From positions 84,196,001 through 84,260,000 of the forward strand of contig NC_043006.1 in the NCBI RefSeq assembly GCF_006345805.1: a stretch of DNA of 64,000 nt, written 5' to 3'. Both the position numbers and the translations under genes were made by a program. This DNA comes from Octopus sinensis. Its lineage: Eukaryota. Shown piece after piece: positions 23,745-36,282 of the stretch (within the stretch, counting starts at the first letter, position 1; each line of letters starts with the position of its first letter). The notes beneath the pieces were generated by a model. The model was given only the letters and a program-made list of their open reading frames with translations. It did not search any database and was not told the DNA's origin.

Positions 23745-24044
23745 GTAAGGGTCTTGATACATATGCATGTCTGAGTGTTTGCATATGTGTGTATGTGCGT
23801 TTGTATATGTGTGTGTGTGTTTGTACATGTGTGTATGTGTGTGTGTCTTTGCTTACATGTTTTCTCATTGACATTGCCATCATATTTTGGCAGCTTTTGT
23901 GTCACTGACACTTCGTCTTTCATAAAAAGACAACTGTGTTAATTGATCCGATCTCCAATAGTTTTCAGACACCCCTCTGTTTTGTCATCATCACCACTAC
24001 CACCAACACCAGCACAGACAAATTTGTAAGTCACCATCATGATC

Positions 24045-24368
24045 AGCCTCCTCCTCCTCTTCCCTCCTCTTCACCCTCACCCTCCTCTTCCTCTTCCCTC
24101 CTCCCCTCTCCTCCTCCTCACCCTCCCCTCCACTTCCCCTCCCCTCCTCATCTTCCCTCCTCCCCTTCTCCTTTTCCCTCCCCCTCTCCTTTCCCCCCTC
24201 TCCTCTTCCCTCTCCCTTTTCCTCCTCTTCCCTCCTCTTCCCTCTCCCTTCTCCTCCTCTTCCCTCTCCCTTCTCCTCCTCTTCCCTCCTCTTCCCTCCC
24301 CCTTCTATGCCTCTTCCCTCCTCTTCCCCCTTCCCCATTTCCTTCTCCCCCCCTTCCTCCTCCTCCTG
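24045..24368. repeat. Polypyrimidine (CCT/CTTCC) low-complexity tract, about 320 bp
   Basis: Almost purely C/T on the + strand; it produces the spurious Pro/Ser and Glu/Gly ORFs. Confidence 0.95.
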
Positions 24369-24395
24369 GCTAGTCAGGTCTGCTGGAACCTCAGA

Positions 24396-24882
24396 CAGGG
24401 TGCCAGCAAGATGGGGCAACTGCTCATACCACAAGAGAAACAATGCAGGTGCTACGGCAGTGCTTTGGAGAAAGAATCATCTCCCTCTACGGCAATGTCA
24501 ACTGGCCTTCATGTTCCCCAGACTTGACTAGCCTGGATTTTTTCTTGTGGAGATACCTGAAAGAGAGGGTTTATGTCAACAAACCAGAGACCCTGGTGCA
24601 GTTGAAGAGGAACATCAATAGAGAAATCAGAGAAGTGGGGTCAGAAATTCTTGAGGCTGTTATGGTGCAAGTTTTGGAAAGAGCACGGGTATGCGAAGCC
24701 GAAAATGGCTGCCTTTTAAGTGATGTCATTTTTCATATATACTGTAGTGGTGTTGCAAATTTTGACTTGTGCAAATTAATTTCTATTATGTCCTTTATAC
24801 TGTATCAAAATTTCATGCATTTATTTGTAAGTTAAGGAAGTTATTAAAAATTGAAACCCATCATTACTTTTGGGACACCCTG
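24396..24882 (+). mobile_element. IS630-Tc1-mariner DD41D (rosa-type) transposase remnant
   Basis: QQDGATAHT...WPSCSPDLTSLDFFLWRYLKERVYVNKP, with 41 residues between the second and third Asp. The right TIR is gggacaccctg|TA. Confidence 0.8.
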
Positions 24883-26044
24883 TACATAAGGAAAAAGCAC
24901 AAATGGGTTGGAATTCATTACAGCTGTTTCAGACACATTTTTATTGAAGAATACACCAATTACATCATGAAAAATTAAGTTATTTTCAGGTGCATTAAAA
25001 CTTAAAAATTAAAAATTTGGTTCAGAGAAAATATCAATATATGGAATGTGTGATGACCCTCAAGTGGGAGAGGGAAACTGTACAGAAGCGTGGCCATATA
25101 TAATATGGGTAATGTCATAAACCTGTCTACAGAGAAGGCAACGTTAATTTATTTGTGTTGAATTGATGGTGAGAGAAAAGGAATGGCAAGATATAAAGCT
25201 ATTGAGGAAGACAAGGAGAAAGAAGGATCGGAGGGAGGCGAGATACTATAGTGTAGAACAGCAGAATGTTGTGTAGAGGAGACATAATTGCTGGCATCAA
25301 ACCACTAGACTACAAACATCAGAACAAGATCATTTACTATAACGAATACTCACAGATAGAAGTATAAATTCATATACACAGATATCATTATGCACACAAA
25401 CACAAGTAAACATGCATATGTACACACACACACACCATCATCATCATCGTTGTCGTTTAACGTCCGCTTTCCATGCTAGCATGGGTTGGACGATTTGACT
25501 GAGGTCTGGCGAACCAGATGGCTGCATCAGACTCCAATCTGATCTGGCAGGGTTTCTACAGCTGGATGCTCTTCCTAACGCCAACCACTCCGAGAGTGTA
25601 GTGGATGCTTTTACGTGCCACTGGCATGAGGGGCCAGTCAGGCGGTACTGGCAACGGCCACGCTCAAATGGTGCTTTTTATGTGCCACCTGCACAGGAGC
25701 CATACACACACATGTATATATATGTATGAAAATGTCAGGACTGAAGCAAATCAGGTCCTTAAATAGTAAAGCACCAAGGTCAGATCACTATTGTGTACAA
25801 ACAATATTTGAAGACCTCCAGTTGTGTTTACAACCACAAATGGCTGACTGAATATACAAGCCCTCAAAGTCACACATGGGTGCAAACACTCCACCCATTG
25901 TACTGCACACAATAGACTCCAGATCCCAATGAAGTGCAGGTTCCTAGTAAGGTGAATGATAAACAAATAACAATAGATGGATTGTGGTTCACTATGGCTG
26001 TTTCAGATATGTTTTTTTTTATTGATGCATAGATGAGAATACCC

Positions 26045-26528
26045 TCCATCAGGCATTTGCCTTATTCTGAACGCCTTACTCCCCTGGGCATGGACACATT
26101 GAAACTCTGACGTCTAGCAGCTGACTTGGCAGACACCCATAACATTATTAACCATCTTACAAACAACAACTCTCAGCACCTTTTCAAACTCCACCTGTCT
26201 AACACTCGTGGACATGTTTACAAAGTCAGAAAACAGCAAAGTTCCCATGACTTTCAGAAACATTTTTTCATGCTAAGAGTTGCTGAAGCATGGAACAGAC
26301 TGCTGGCATCAGTTGTTAGTTGTCGGAGCACTGCATCCTTCAAAACTTCCATGCTTCCTGAGATTCGCCAACACTACACCTTATTTTCTCCCCTCCATAC
26401 ACACGCAAGCATGTATACTCTTCACTTTCCAGACATTTGTACATTACTGCATATACTTTATACGCACTTTCTGACAAGTTGTGGTGCACCTGAGCACTGT
26501 ATACAATAATTTCATTATTATTATTATT
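26045..26528 (+). mobile_element. CR1-clade LINE 3' end
   Basis: LPYSERL...TRGHVYKVRKQ...KHFFMLRVAEAWNRL...SFK, with a (tta)n tail. A smaller related piece lies near 12880-13010. Confidence 0.8.
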
Positions 26529-26780
26529 TTTAAGTGTTACATAATGTAACACTTCCACACACATATCTACACACTCACACACACATACACACACATACAC
26601 CCGTTTCTGTCTACCAAATTCCATGATTTGGTCAACCCAGAAATTATATAAGAAGACACTTGCCCAAGGTGCCAACCTATGAGACTGAGCTTAAAGCATG
26701 TATTTGACAAAGATAAAAGTAAAGATTAAATTTTAATATTGAAATGTAAATAAAGTTTTGAATTTGTTTTACCATTTCAG

Positions 26781-26955
26781 ACAACTGGCGTTGCAGCTAA
26801 ATGCAGAAGACATCTATAGAACGCTTTCTGAAATACTAATGCAAGAAGAGGATGCATCCTTTGCGTGCATCATGGTGCAAACACTCAACACTATTTTACT
26901 CACATCGACCGAACTCTTTGAGTTGCGGAACCAACTTAAAGATTTAAAAACACCG
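26781..26955 (+). CDS. VAC14: VAC14 exon e11 (175 nt, phase 2-0)
   Basis: accatttcag|A CAA...ACA CCG|gtataa. [58 protein letters not shown]. Confidence 0.96.
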
Positions 26956-28665
26956 GTATAACCATTTGCTTTGTGATTTCTTTTCTTTTCTTTACTCTTA
27001 CTCTCTTTTCCTCTTTTCCTTGTTTCAGTCATTTGACTGTGGCCATGCTGGAGCACCACCTTTAGTCGAGCAAATCGACCCCAGAACTTATTCTTTGTAA
27101 GCCTAGTACTTGTTTTATTGGTCCCTTTTGCCGAACCGCTAAGTTACGGTTGTCAAGCAATGTTGAGGGAACAAACACAGACACACACACACACACACAC
27201 ACATATACATATATATACGACGGGCTTCTTTCAGTTTCCATCTACCAAATCCACTCACAAGGCTTTGGTCGGCGTGAGGTTATAGAAGAAGACACTTGCG
27301 CAAGGTGCCACGCAGTGGGACTGAACCCAGAACTATGTGGTTGATAAGCAAGCTACTTACCTCACAGCCACTCCAATGCCTATAGGAAATTTAGGAAATA
27401 ATAATAATAATAATAATGTTCCTTTCTACTATAGGCCCAGGGCCTGGAATTTGGAGGAGTGGGATAGTTGGTTACATTGACACCAGTACTCAGCTGGTAT
27501 TTATTTTATCAACCCCAAAATGATGAAAAGTAAAGTTGACCTCAGTGGAATTTGATCTCAGAACATAAAAGACATGATGATGATAATAATGATTTCAAAT
27601 TTTGCCACAAGGGCAGCAATTTTGGGGTTGGGGATGAGTCCATTACATCAACCTCAAATGATAATAATAATAATCGTTTCTACTACTGGCACTCCTCCCT
27701 GAAATTTTCAGGGAAGGGTTAAGTCGATTACATCACTCCCAGTGCTCAACTGGTACTTTATTGATCCTGAAAAGTTAAAAGGCAAAGTTGACCTTGGTGG
27801 GATTTGAACTCAGAACACGAAGACAGATGAAATACCACTAAGAATTTTGCCCGGTGTGCTTACCACCGTAATAATAATAATGATAACAATAATAATAATA
27901 ATAATGATAATACTTTCTACTATAGGCACAAAGCCTGAAATTTGATGGGGAGTGGTTAACTGATTCTTAATTTATTGACCCTGAAAGGATGAAAGGGAAA
28001 GTCGACCTCAGACAAAATACCGCTAAGCATTTCGTCTGGTGTGCTAGCAATTATGATCATAATGCATAAGAAGAAAATGATGGTTATACCAGTGCCACCT
28101 GCTTGGCTCCAATGCTGGTGGCATGTAAAAAGCATCCACTGTACTCTGAGAGTAGTTGGCATTAGGAAGGGCATCCAGCTGTAGAAACCTTGCCAGATCT
28201 GATTTGAGCCTGGTGCCGCTTCCTGTGGCTTGCCAGTCCTCAATCAAATCATCCAACCCATGCTACCATGGAAAGCAGTGAGCTGGCAAAAACGTTAGCA
28301 CGCCGGACAAAATGCTTAGCGGTATTTCGTCTGCCGTTACGTTCTGAGTTCAAATTCCACCGAGGTCAACTTTGCCTTTCACCATTTTGGGGTCGATAAA
28401 TTAAGTACCAGTTACGCACTGAGGTTGATGTAATCGACTTAATCCGTTTGCCTGTCCTTGTTTGTCCCCTCTGTGTTTAGCCCCTTGTGGGTAGTAAAGA
28501 AATAGCTACCATGGAAAGCAGACATTAAACAACAATGATGATGATGATGATGAAGCTACATTGAAAATAATAATTCTAATAATATGATACTTTCTAATCT
28601 ATGAAAAGAAAATCTTGTTCCATTCAATTAAATATTTCCATTTGCATTCTGTTATTCTGTTTCAG

Positions 28666-28784
28666 GAGAGCTGTTCCCTTTTCACTTGCCTCTACAAATC
28701 CTGGTGTCATGGTCCTGTAGCCACTGTATCACTCTGTTATCTCACACAGAACTATGAGCATGCCTGTGATCTTCTAGAAACATT
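28666..28784 (+). CDS. VAC14: VAC14 exon e12 (119 nt, phase 0-2), followed by a U12-type donor
   Basis: ctgtttcag|GAG...ACA TT|gtatcctttt. [39 protein letters not shown](F/L); human [40 protein letters not shown]. Confidence 0.96.
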
Positions 28785-28793
28785 GTATCCTTT
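28785..28793 (+). other. U12-type 5' splice site GTATCCTTT
   Basis: Exact consensus at the end of exon e12. Confidence 0.92.
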
Positions 28794-29766
28794 TACTGTT
28801 TTGCTGTTTTATCAATGAGATATTATTGGTTGGTATATTGTATGTTTTTATTTCCGATTGTAACACGAAATTGCTTTTCAAATGGTGTATAGTCCCAATG
28901 TAAGATGGTGTGTTTGGTGGTTGTGTGTTGTGGTAATGATTAGTTTCTTGTCTTACTCACCTAATATATATATATTGCCTCACTTTTGATTTTGTTGAGG
29001 CAAGTGAAATCAAAATCAAAATCAAAATCAAATCAAAATCAAATTCATGACTGGCGTCCATGCTAGCATGGTGCAAAGAGCACCATCCGAGCATGATCGT
29101 TGCCAGAGCAGCTATCTGGCCTCCGTGCCGGTGGCATGTAAAAGACACCATTCGAGCATAATCGTTACCAGCATCACTTTACTGGCACCTGTGCTGGTGG
29201 CATGTTTAAAAGATTCAAGCGAGGTCGTTGCCAGTACCGCCTGACTGGCCCCGTGCTGGAGTGGTTGGCGTTAGGAAGGGCATCCAGCTGTAAAAACTCT
29301 GCCAGATCAAGATTGAAGCCTGGTGCAGCCATCGGGTTTGCCAGCCCTCAGTCATTCGTCCAACCCATGCTAGCATGGAAAGCAGATGTTAAACTATGAT
29401 GTTGATGATGGCAAAAAGGTGCCCATGAGAAAGAAACTGGCATCAAATTTGTCTCGTCCATTTAATGTTACTGGAAATGGAGTTAGACAATCAAACAGCT
29501 CATTGAACTGTGGAGGTCTATGAAAAAAAAGAAAAAAAAGATATAAAGTTATCATCATCATCATTATTGACATTTAATGTTTGCATTCCTTGCTGGTATG
29601 GGTTGGATGATTGAAGAGTCCAGGAATATCAGGTACAAACATCCCTGCACGGAGTCTTGATATTTAATATTCAATTAATATTGTTTGGGTGTGTGGATTA
29701 TACTGACCTAGCAAGGTGCCTCAACTTAAGTACCTAATTCAACGGAATCTTAATTATATATATATA

Positions 29767-30338
29767 ACTAGCTTAAGGTGATCCGCTCTACGCACGGGTG
29801 AGGGTGTGGTTGTTACTTTCTGTTACTTCCTTTCTGTTTCTTATCGCCACATTCTCCCTCTTTGTTTCTCTCTCTTTTCTCTCACTTTCTCACTCTCTTA
29901 CTCTTCCTTTCTCTCAGACTCTCCCTCGCTTTCTCTTACTCTCTATCTTTCTCTATCTATCTCTCTCCCATTTATAAGAAGCAAAAGATCTTGAGTAAGT
30001 CGAGAAAGAATATATTTTGAAAGATCAATCATAAATATCAGGCAGTGACAACAGAAAGGCAAACAGCAAAACGCTAACATTTGAAAGGGACAGACGAACT
30101 TGCAAGCTGAATAAAAATTTAAAAAATATTGGAAACCAAAGTTTGAAGGGATAGAATCTCAGGATAGTAGATTTACCAAAGCAACCACTGCAGCACCCCA
30201 AAACGACTCCCAATCAATTTCCCACCTCAAATTACCCCCTCCTGTAAATTTCAATCCTCTTTCAGCCCCATTTAGACCCCTTTTTTCATAAAAATCCAGT
30301 TTGTATCAACGTTCGCCTTCTTCATTTCATAGATTAGA
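29767..30338 (+). mobile_element. Lep1-like non-autonomous Helitron
   Basis: actagcttaaggtgatccgctctacgcacgggt ... catagattagat. Confidence 0.55.
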
Positions 30339-30373
<35 letters not shown>

Positions 30374-30876
30374 TCGGTAATCATAAATCTGAAAAAGAAT
30401 CACACTATAAGTTATAGAGCAGTATATGGGATTTAAGGTGGCAAGCTGGCAGAATTGTTAGCACACTGGGTGAAATGCTTAGAAGTATTTCGTCTGCAGC
30501 TACGTTCTGGGTTCAAATTCCGCCAAGGTCGACTTTGCCTTTCATCCTTTTGGGGTCGATTACATAAGTACCAGTTACGCAATGGGGTTGATATAATCGA
30601 CTTAATCCGTTTGTCTGTCCTTGTTTGTCCTCTCTGTGTTTAGCCCCTTGTGGGTAGTAAAGAAATAAGTATATGGAATTACTCTGGGTTTCACATCCAT
30701 AAGACGTTTAGCTTTACAGCTGATCATTAGACCATAAACCTGTTGGCCCAGGGCCTCTCTAGCTAAGCACTTTATGGATGTGAAACCCAGGTTAATCCCT
30801 TAGTCTGGCCTTATCTATCTATATATTTAACATCCATCTACCATGATGTGTTGGACTGTCATTTGTGTGTGTGTGT

Positions 30877-30919
<43 letters not shown>

Positions 30920-31532
30920 TGGCACGTAAAAGCACCATCCGTTCGTGGCCGTTTGCCAGCACCGTCTGGCACCTGTGCAGGTGGCATGTAAAAAGCACCC
31001 ACTACACTCACGGAGTGGTTGGCGTTAGGAAGGGCATCCAGCCGTAGAAACACTGCCAGATCAGACTGGGCCTGATGCAGCCGTCTGGCTTCACAGACCC
31101 CAGTTGAACCGTCCAACCCATGCTAGCATGGAAAACGGACGCTAAATGATGATGATGATGATGATATATATATATACGTGTTTGTGTGACAGGTTTTTTT
31201 CACTTTCCATCTTGCAGATCCACTTACAAGGCTTTGGGTTATCTGCAGGGTTAAATTGAGAGAGATTTGGCTACTATTCTTAGTAGATGGACACGTGGAG
31301 GATGCTACGTTAGCCCCATTACTTAATATATTTCATATAACTTGTATGCTGTGCCTAGAGTCAAATATTCCAACGTCACTGTTTCGTTTGATAAGCAGAA
31401 CAAAGAGAGTTATGTCCCTTACATAATACAGCTTATATGAATTTCTAGCTAATTGCACACACGCACACGGTTCGTGCGCACACACACACACACACATACT
31501 AAACACACACAAAGACACACACTAGCTGTACA

Positions 31533-31632
31533 NNNNNNNNNNNNNNNNNNNNNNNNNNNNNNNNNNNNNNNNNNNNNNNNNNNNNNNNNNNNNNNNNNNN
31601 NNNNNNNNNNNNNNNNNNNNNNNNNNNNNNNN
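31533..31632. other. Assembly gap (100 N)
   Basis: Run of exactly 100 N, typical of a scaffolding join of unknown size. Confidence 0.99.
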
Positions 31633-32009
31633 ATTCTATATTGTTGCTATTTGACCTCCTGCCATCTCTGATGAAGTATACCTATAACTATAATAATTTT
31701 CAACGTGACATCCATTTAGGGATATATATATGTATGTATATATATATATATTTATATACACATACATATATATCAGAAGTAACAGAGTGACTCAAGGTCC
31801 GAGAGTTCCGTGTGATCAAACTAGTCGAACTGCGACTGGTTTGATAAGTGCTAACATACGAAACTCTCGACCTTGAGTCGCTTTCTTACTTCTGTTAAAT
31901 ATTAATAAAAATATACGTATACTTATATTTTGAGTTTTATCTTTCCTGTTCGCATCAACATACCTGTACAGACAGACAGGCAGACAAACACAACACACAC
32001 ACACACACA

Positions 32010-32072
<63 letters not shown>

Positions 32073-32084
32073 CACTCACTCACA

Positions 32085-32690
32085 CGAGAATGGAATAAAT
32101 TGAGCAAGAACACACACGAAGACGGAAAGCGTCGCCGGGGAGGTCACAGATGTATGACGAAAGATTTCCGGACAATGAACAAGAGCAAGAATAAGAACAA
32201 TAATAAACAAGCGAAGATCGTTCGTGTGTTTATAGGGGGAAAAGATGACCGTCCCGAAATACAATATATATACCACCTTGACCGACCAGTCCGTCGGGCG
32301 TCCTTTTGACACCGCTAGTCACAGCACGCTGTCCATTCCTCTGGATCGCGCCTTCCTCATCCACGTGGTCCCAATTGCCCTCCTAAAATCGAAGTTCATG
32401 CAGTCCGACAACGTACCAACAGGTCGAATGGTGGTCGGCAGTGATGAAATAGAGGAGGTAAAGGAATATGTCTACCTGGGACAGGAAGTGAATATGTGCC
32501 GAAACATCGAAAATGAGATCTTACGGAGAGTAAGGGCCGGATGGAAGGCGTTTAATGGCATAAGGGATGTGCTCAAGGGAAGGTTGGACAGGACCACCCG
32601 CACCAACTTCATCAATTGCACAGTTCTACCTGTAATGTCATATGGTAGTGAAACATGGGCTACAACAAAGAGAGAAGAGCAGAAATTGGG
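32085..32690. mobile_element. RTE LINE fragment with an internal inversion
   Basis: 32410-32690 on + reads EEVKEYVYLGQ...RAGWKAF...VLPVMSYGSETW. 32085-32410 on - reads SDCMNFDFRRAIGTTWMRKARSR plus 3' UTR. Confidence 0.7.
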
Positions 32691-33471
32691 AACTATATAT
32701 ATATATCATCTGATAGTTGATGTTTTATTGATTTAAGAATGTTTCTCCATTTTCTAATTTTGTAGTATATATATATATATATATATTTCTTTATTACGAT
32801 TATACCGACCCCAATGCGTAACTGGTACTTATTTAATCGACCCCGAAAGGATGAAAGGCAAAGTCGACCTCGGCGGAATTTGAACTCAGAAGGTAACGGC
32901 AGACGAAATACCACTCAGCATTTAGCCCGGCGTGCTAACATTTCTGCCAGCTCGCCGCCTTTCTGTGTGTGTATCACATATAGTTGTATCTATTATTTGT
33001 TTCACTCATTAGACTGCGGCCGTTCTGGGACATCACCTTGAGAAGATATATATAAACTCCTTTATTCTTTTATTCCTTTACTTGTTACAGTCATTTGACT
33101 GCGACCTTGCGTGAGTACCGCATTGACGGGTTTAGTCAAGCAAATCGACGGCAGAGCTAATGTTTTTTTTCTTGAGCTTAATACTTATCCTATCGGCATC
33201 TTTATCTGAACCGCTAGGTTACGGGTACATAAATACCCTAACACCAGTTGCCAAGCGATGTTGGGGGGAGCAAACACAGACACAAAGACACACACACACA
33301 CATATATACGACGGGCTTCTTCCAGTTTCCATCTGCCAAATCCACCCACAAGGATTGGTCGGCCTGAACTTTTAGAAGAACAAACTTGCCTAAGGTGTCA
33401 CGCAGTCGGACTGAACACGGCACCACGTGGTTGGTAAGCAAGCATCTTACCGTACAGCCGCTCCTGCGCCT

Positions 33472-33502
<31 letters not shown>

Positions 33503-34357
33503 GTTAGAATTTTCCTCAAGTCGAGTAACTCATTCCGGGGTCGATTAAATAAGTACCAGTTACGCATTGGGGTCGGTATAATCGACTTAATCCGTTTGTC
33601 TGTCCTTGTTTGTCCCCTCTGTGTTTAGTTCCTTGTGGGTAGTAAAGAAATATATATGTGATACACACATAGGCGTATATATGCACACCAGCATACCTAT
33701 GATATGCTAAGAAAGTTCTTCATTAGACAGAGCAAAAGTTCAACTCGTGTTTGATTTCAAATCAAATTCACTAACACTATCTTCTGACATTTGGCTATTT
33801 TTATCTTAATGGCTCAGTCTGCCATGCTGCAAAATAAGTACCATGTTGGAATGCTTCAGCTCAACTGCTGATGTATGTTCGCATTCTTTCAAATGACGAC
33901 GGTCATTTGAAGAGCCTACTTATAACTGGTTTCCAACAATAGCACAATCCCACCGCAGATAAATAAGAATCCCATCACATGATAGGAAGTCGCAGATTTA
34001 TTTCACTCCAGCACATGACTGGTATCTATTTTATCGATATTTGTTGTTCAACCGGCAAGGTCAAACCTCCATCCTGCCAGATATTTAAAGGCCGAAAGTA
34101 AAAGGCGGTAAAAAGTCATACGTAAATAACCTCTCACAAAGCAATTAAATTTTGCGCGCTGCAGATTCTACTATGCCGCCGCTGCCGTATTCTGACAGAC
34201 TGTGTTGCTCTTTTGAGGTGCAGATGCTGTAGAATATAAATGGTTCTTAAGACTTGAAGAGATGAGTTGGAATTCTTCTCGCAACAAAACAACAAGTGTT
34301 CCACCGTTAACAGGTTATTTCTGTGAAGGAAACAGACTAGAAACCTCTAACTCCCCA

Positions 34358-34410
<53 letters not shown>

Positions 34411-34812
34411 CATATATATATATATATATATATACGTATATCTCTCTTCTTCTTCTTCTTCTCTTCTCTTCTCTTTTCTCTTCTTCTTCGTCTTCTTCTT
34501 CTTCTTCTCTCTTCTTTCTTCTTCTTCTTCTTCTTCTTCTTCTTCTTGTCTTCTTCTTTAATTTGTTTTTATATGTGCCCTTCTCTGTATCTGCATCAAC
34601 CTGCCTGTCTGCCTGCCTGTCTATTGTTCCTTGCTCACTGTGTATCCATGTCTCATCTGTTCTCTGTTTCTCAGTCCGTATATTGAGTGTCTTTATATAA
34701 GTATGCATGTATATGTGTGTAGGTGTATGTATGTATGTATGTATGTATGTATGTATGTATGTATGTATGTATGTATGTATGTATACAGTATTATATATAT
34801 ATATACTAATAT

Positions 34813-34857
<45 letters not shown>

Positions 34858-35066
34858 TACATATGTATATATATATATTCACCGTATTTCAACGTGTATA
34901 AGGAACCTTTTTTGTCAAATTTTAACTTAAAAAAATATGGGAGTTTCTTTTACATGGATAGTATTATAATCCCTTGCAAAATTTTTATCCCAAATTTTAA
35001 GTCCCCAAAATCAGGGGGTTCCTTATACACGTTGAAATACGGTATATTATATATATATAGATATAG

Positions 35067-35099
<33 letters not shown>

Positions 35100-35934
35100 T
35101 GCACATGTGTATACATGCTCGTATCATTCTAAATCTTTGTGTCTAAGTGGTTTTGTCAATCTGTGTCTATCTATCCGTCTACACCTTATTTTTTTCTTTC
35201 TTTCTCTGCCCTTTCACTCCTATCTCTGTATTTCTTCTTCAACTCCCTCCCTTCCTTCCTCCCGGCTCCTGTATCCATTCACCATTTAATGATGTAGTGA
35301 TGATGCAACGAACCAATTTCTTCTTCGTATGGCATCTCTGAATATTCCCTTGTAAACTACTCAAAATCCTGTAATCTTTCAACTCTAATAAAACCTTCGG
35401 TGAAAACGCAACACAAAGCAAAGTTATGCTGCTTTCTATTAGAGACTAGAATATCCGTATTAATGCTACATCCAATTTACATACAGTCTTATATTTAATA
35501 CTTGTTTCTATAGCACGTAGACATAAAATTAAAAATCTTTCTTACCTAAGGACATATTATTAAATATTTATGTCTATAACACATAGATTTAAACCCATAT
35601 ATCTCTCTGTTACCTACGGACATACAAATTTAATATTCATGTCTATAAAACGTAGATATAATGTTATAATATCTCTTTATTATAAATGGACAAATATTTA
35701 ATACTTCTCTGTATTAGGAATGGACGTATGTGTTAAATTACAGTTGGACATATGCATAAATGTATATACGTGTATCTACGTCTGTGTGCGAGTATGTGTA
35801 CATGCATGTATGTATGTATGTGTACATGCCTGTCTGTATATTTACAAGTATGTATGGATGCGTGTAAATATGTGTTTTCCTTTTTCTCTTTTTAATTTAG
35901 AGTTATGTGCGGCTAACTACTCATAAGTGGTTGT

Positions 35935-36282
35935 CGGAGTGGCCATCACTCAGAAGTGGTTTTCTGCGAATTTCTATGACTTATCAAGCCTCAATTTCTG
36001 GCCTCCTAATTCCTCCCATTTGCAATCTCATGTGAGGTGCGGTTGAGAAAGACATCAACCGCTCTGCTTGTAACACCAAGGGGAGGAACGTATTGCCAGT
36101 TTTCGGAGCCGTTTTGAGGCTGTGATGGAAACTGAGGGCAGCTGATTTAAGTAAAGTGTTATCTCCCAGCCAGAATCTAGTTGATATATTCTGGGTTTTT
36201 AAAAAATACTTTCATATTTAGATGCGTCATTGTGTATTGTTTACATTTTAAGCAAATTATCAAATTTAACACGTATACCCTG
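35935..36282 (+). mobile_element. DD37D (maT)-type transposon 3' remnant
   Basis: ttctggcctcctaattcctcc (FWPPNSP), cttgtaacaccaagg, and terminus ataccctg|TA. Confidence 0.6.

Noticed and set aside
23936-24531. Pro/Ser-rich and Glu/Gly-rich ORFs
   Set aside because: They are translations of a polypyrimidine tract in VAC14 intron sequence running into a DD41D remnant.
29481-29510. gagttagacaatcaaacagctcattgaa, resembling VAC14 EVDKLVQLIE
   Set aside because: ELD and QLIE are in different frames with the wrong spacing, the flanking residues do not match, and there is no U12 branch point or acceptor. Probably chance.
31668-31710. CTGATGA right after the gap as another hammerhead
   Set aside because: No helix II, GAAA or helix I partner could be found.
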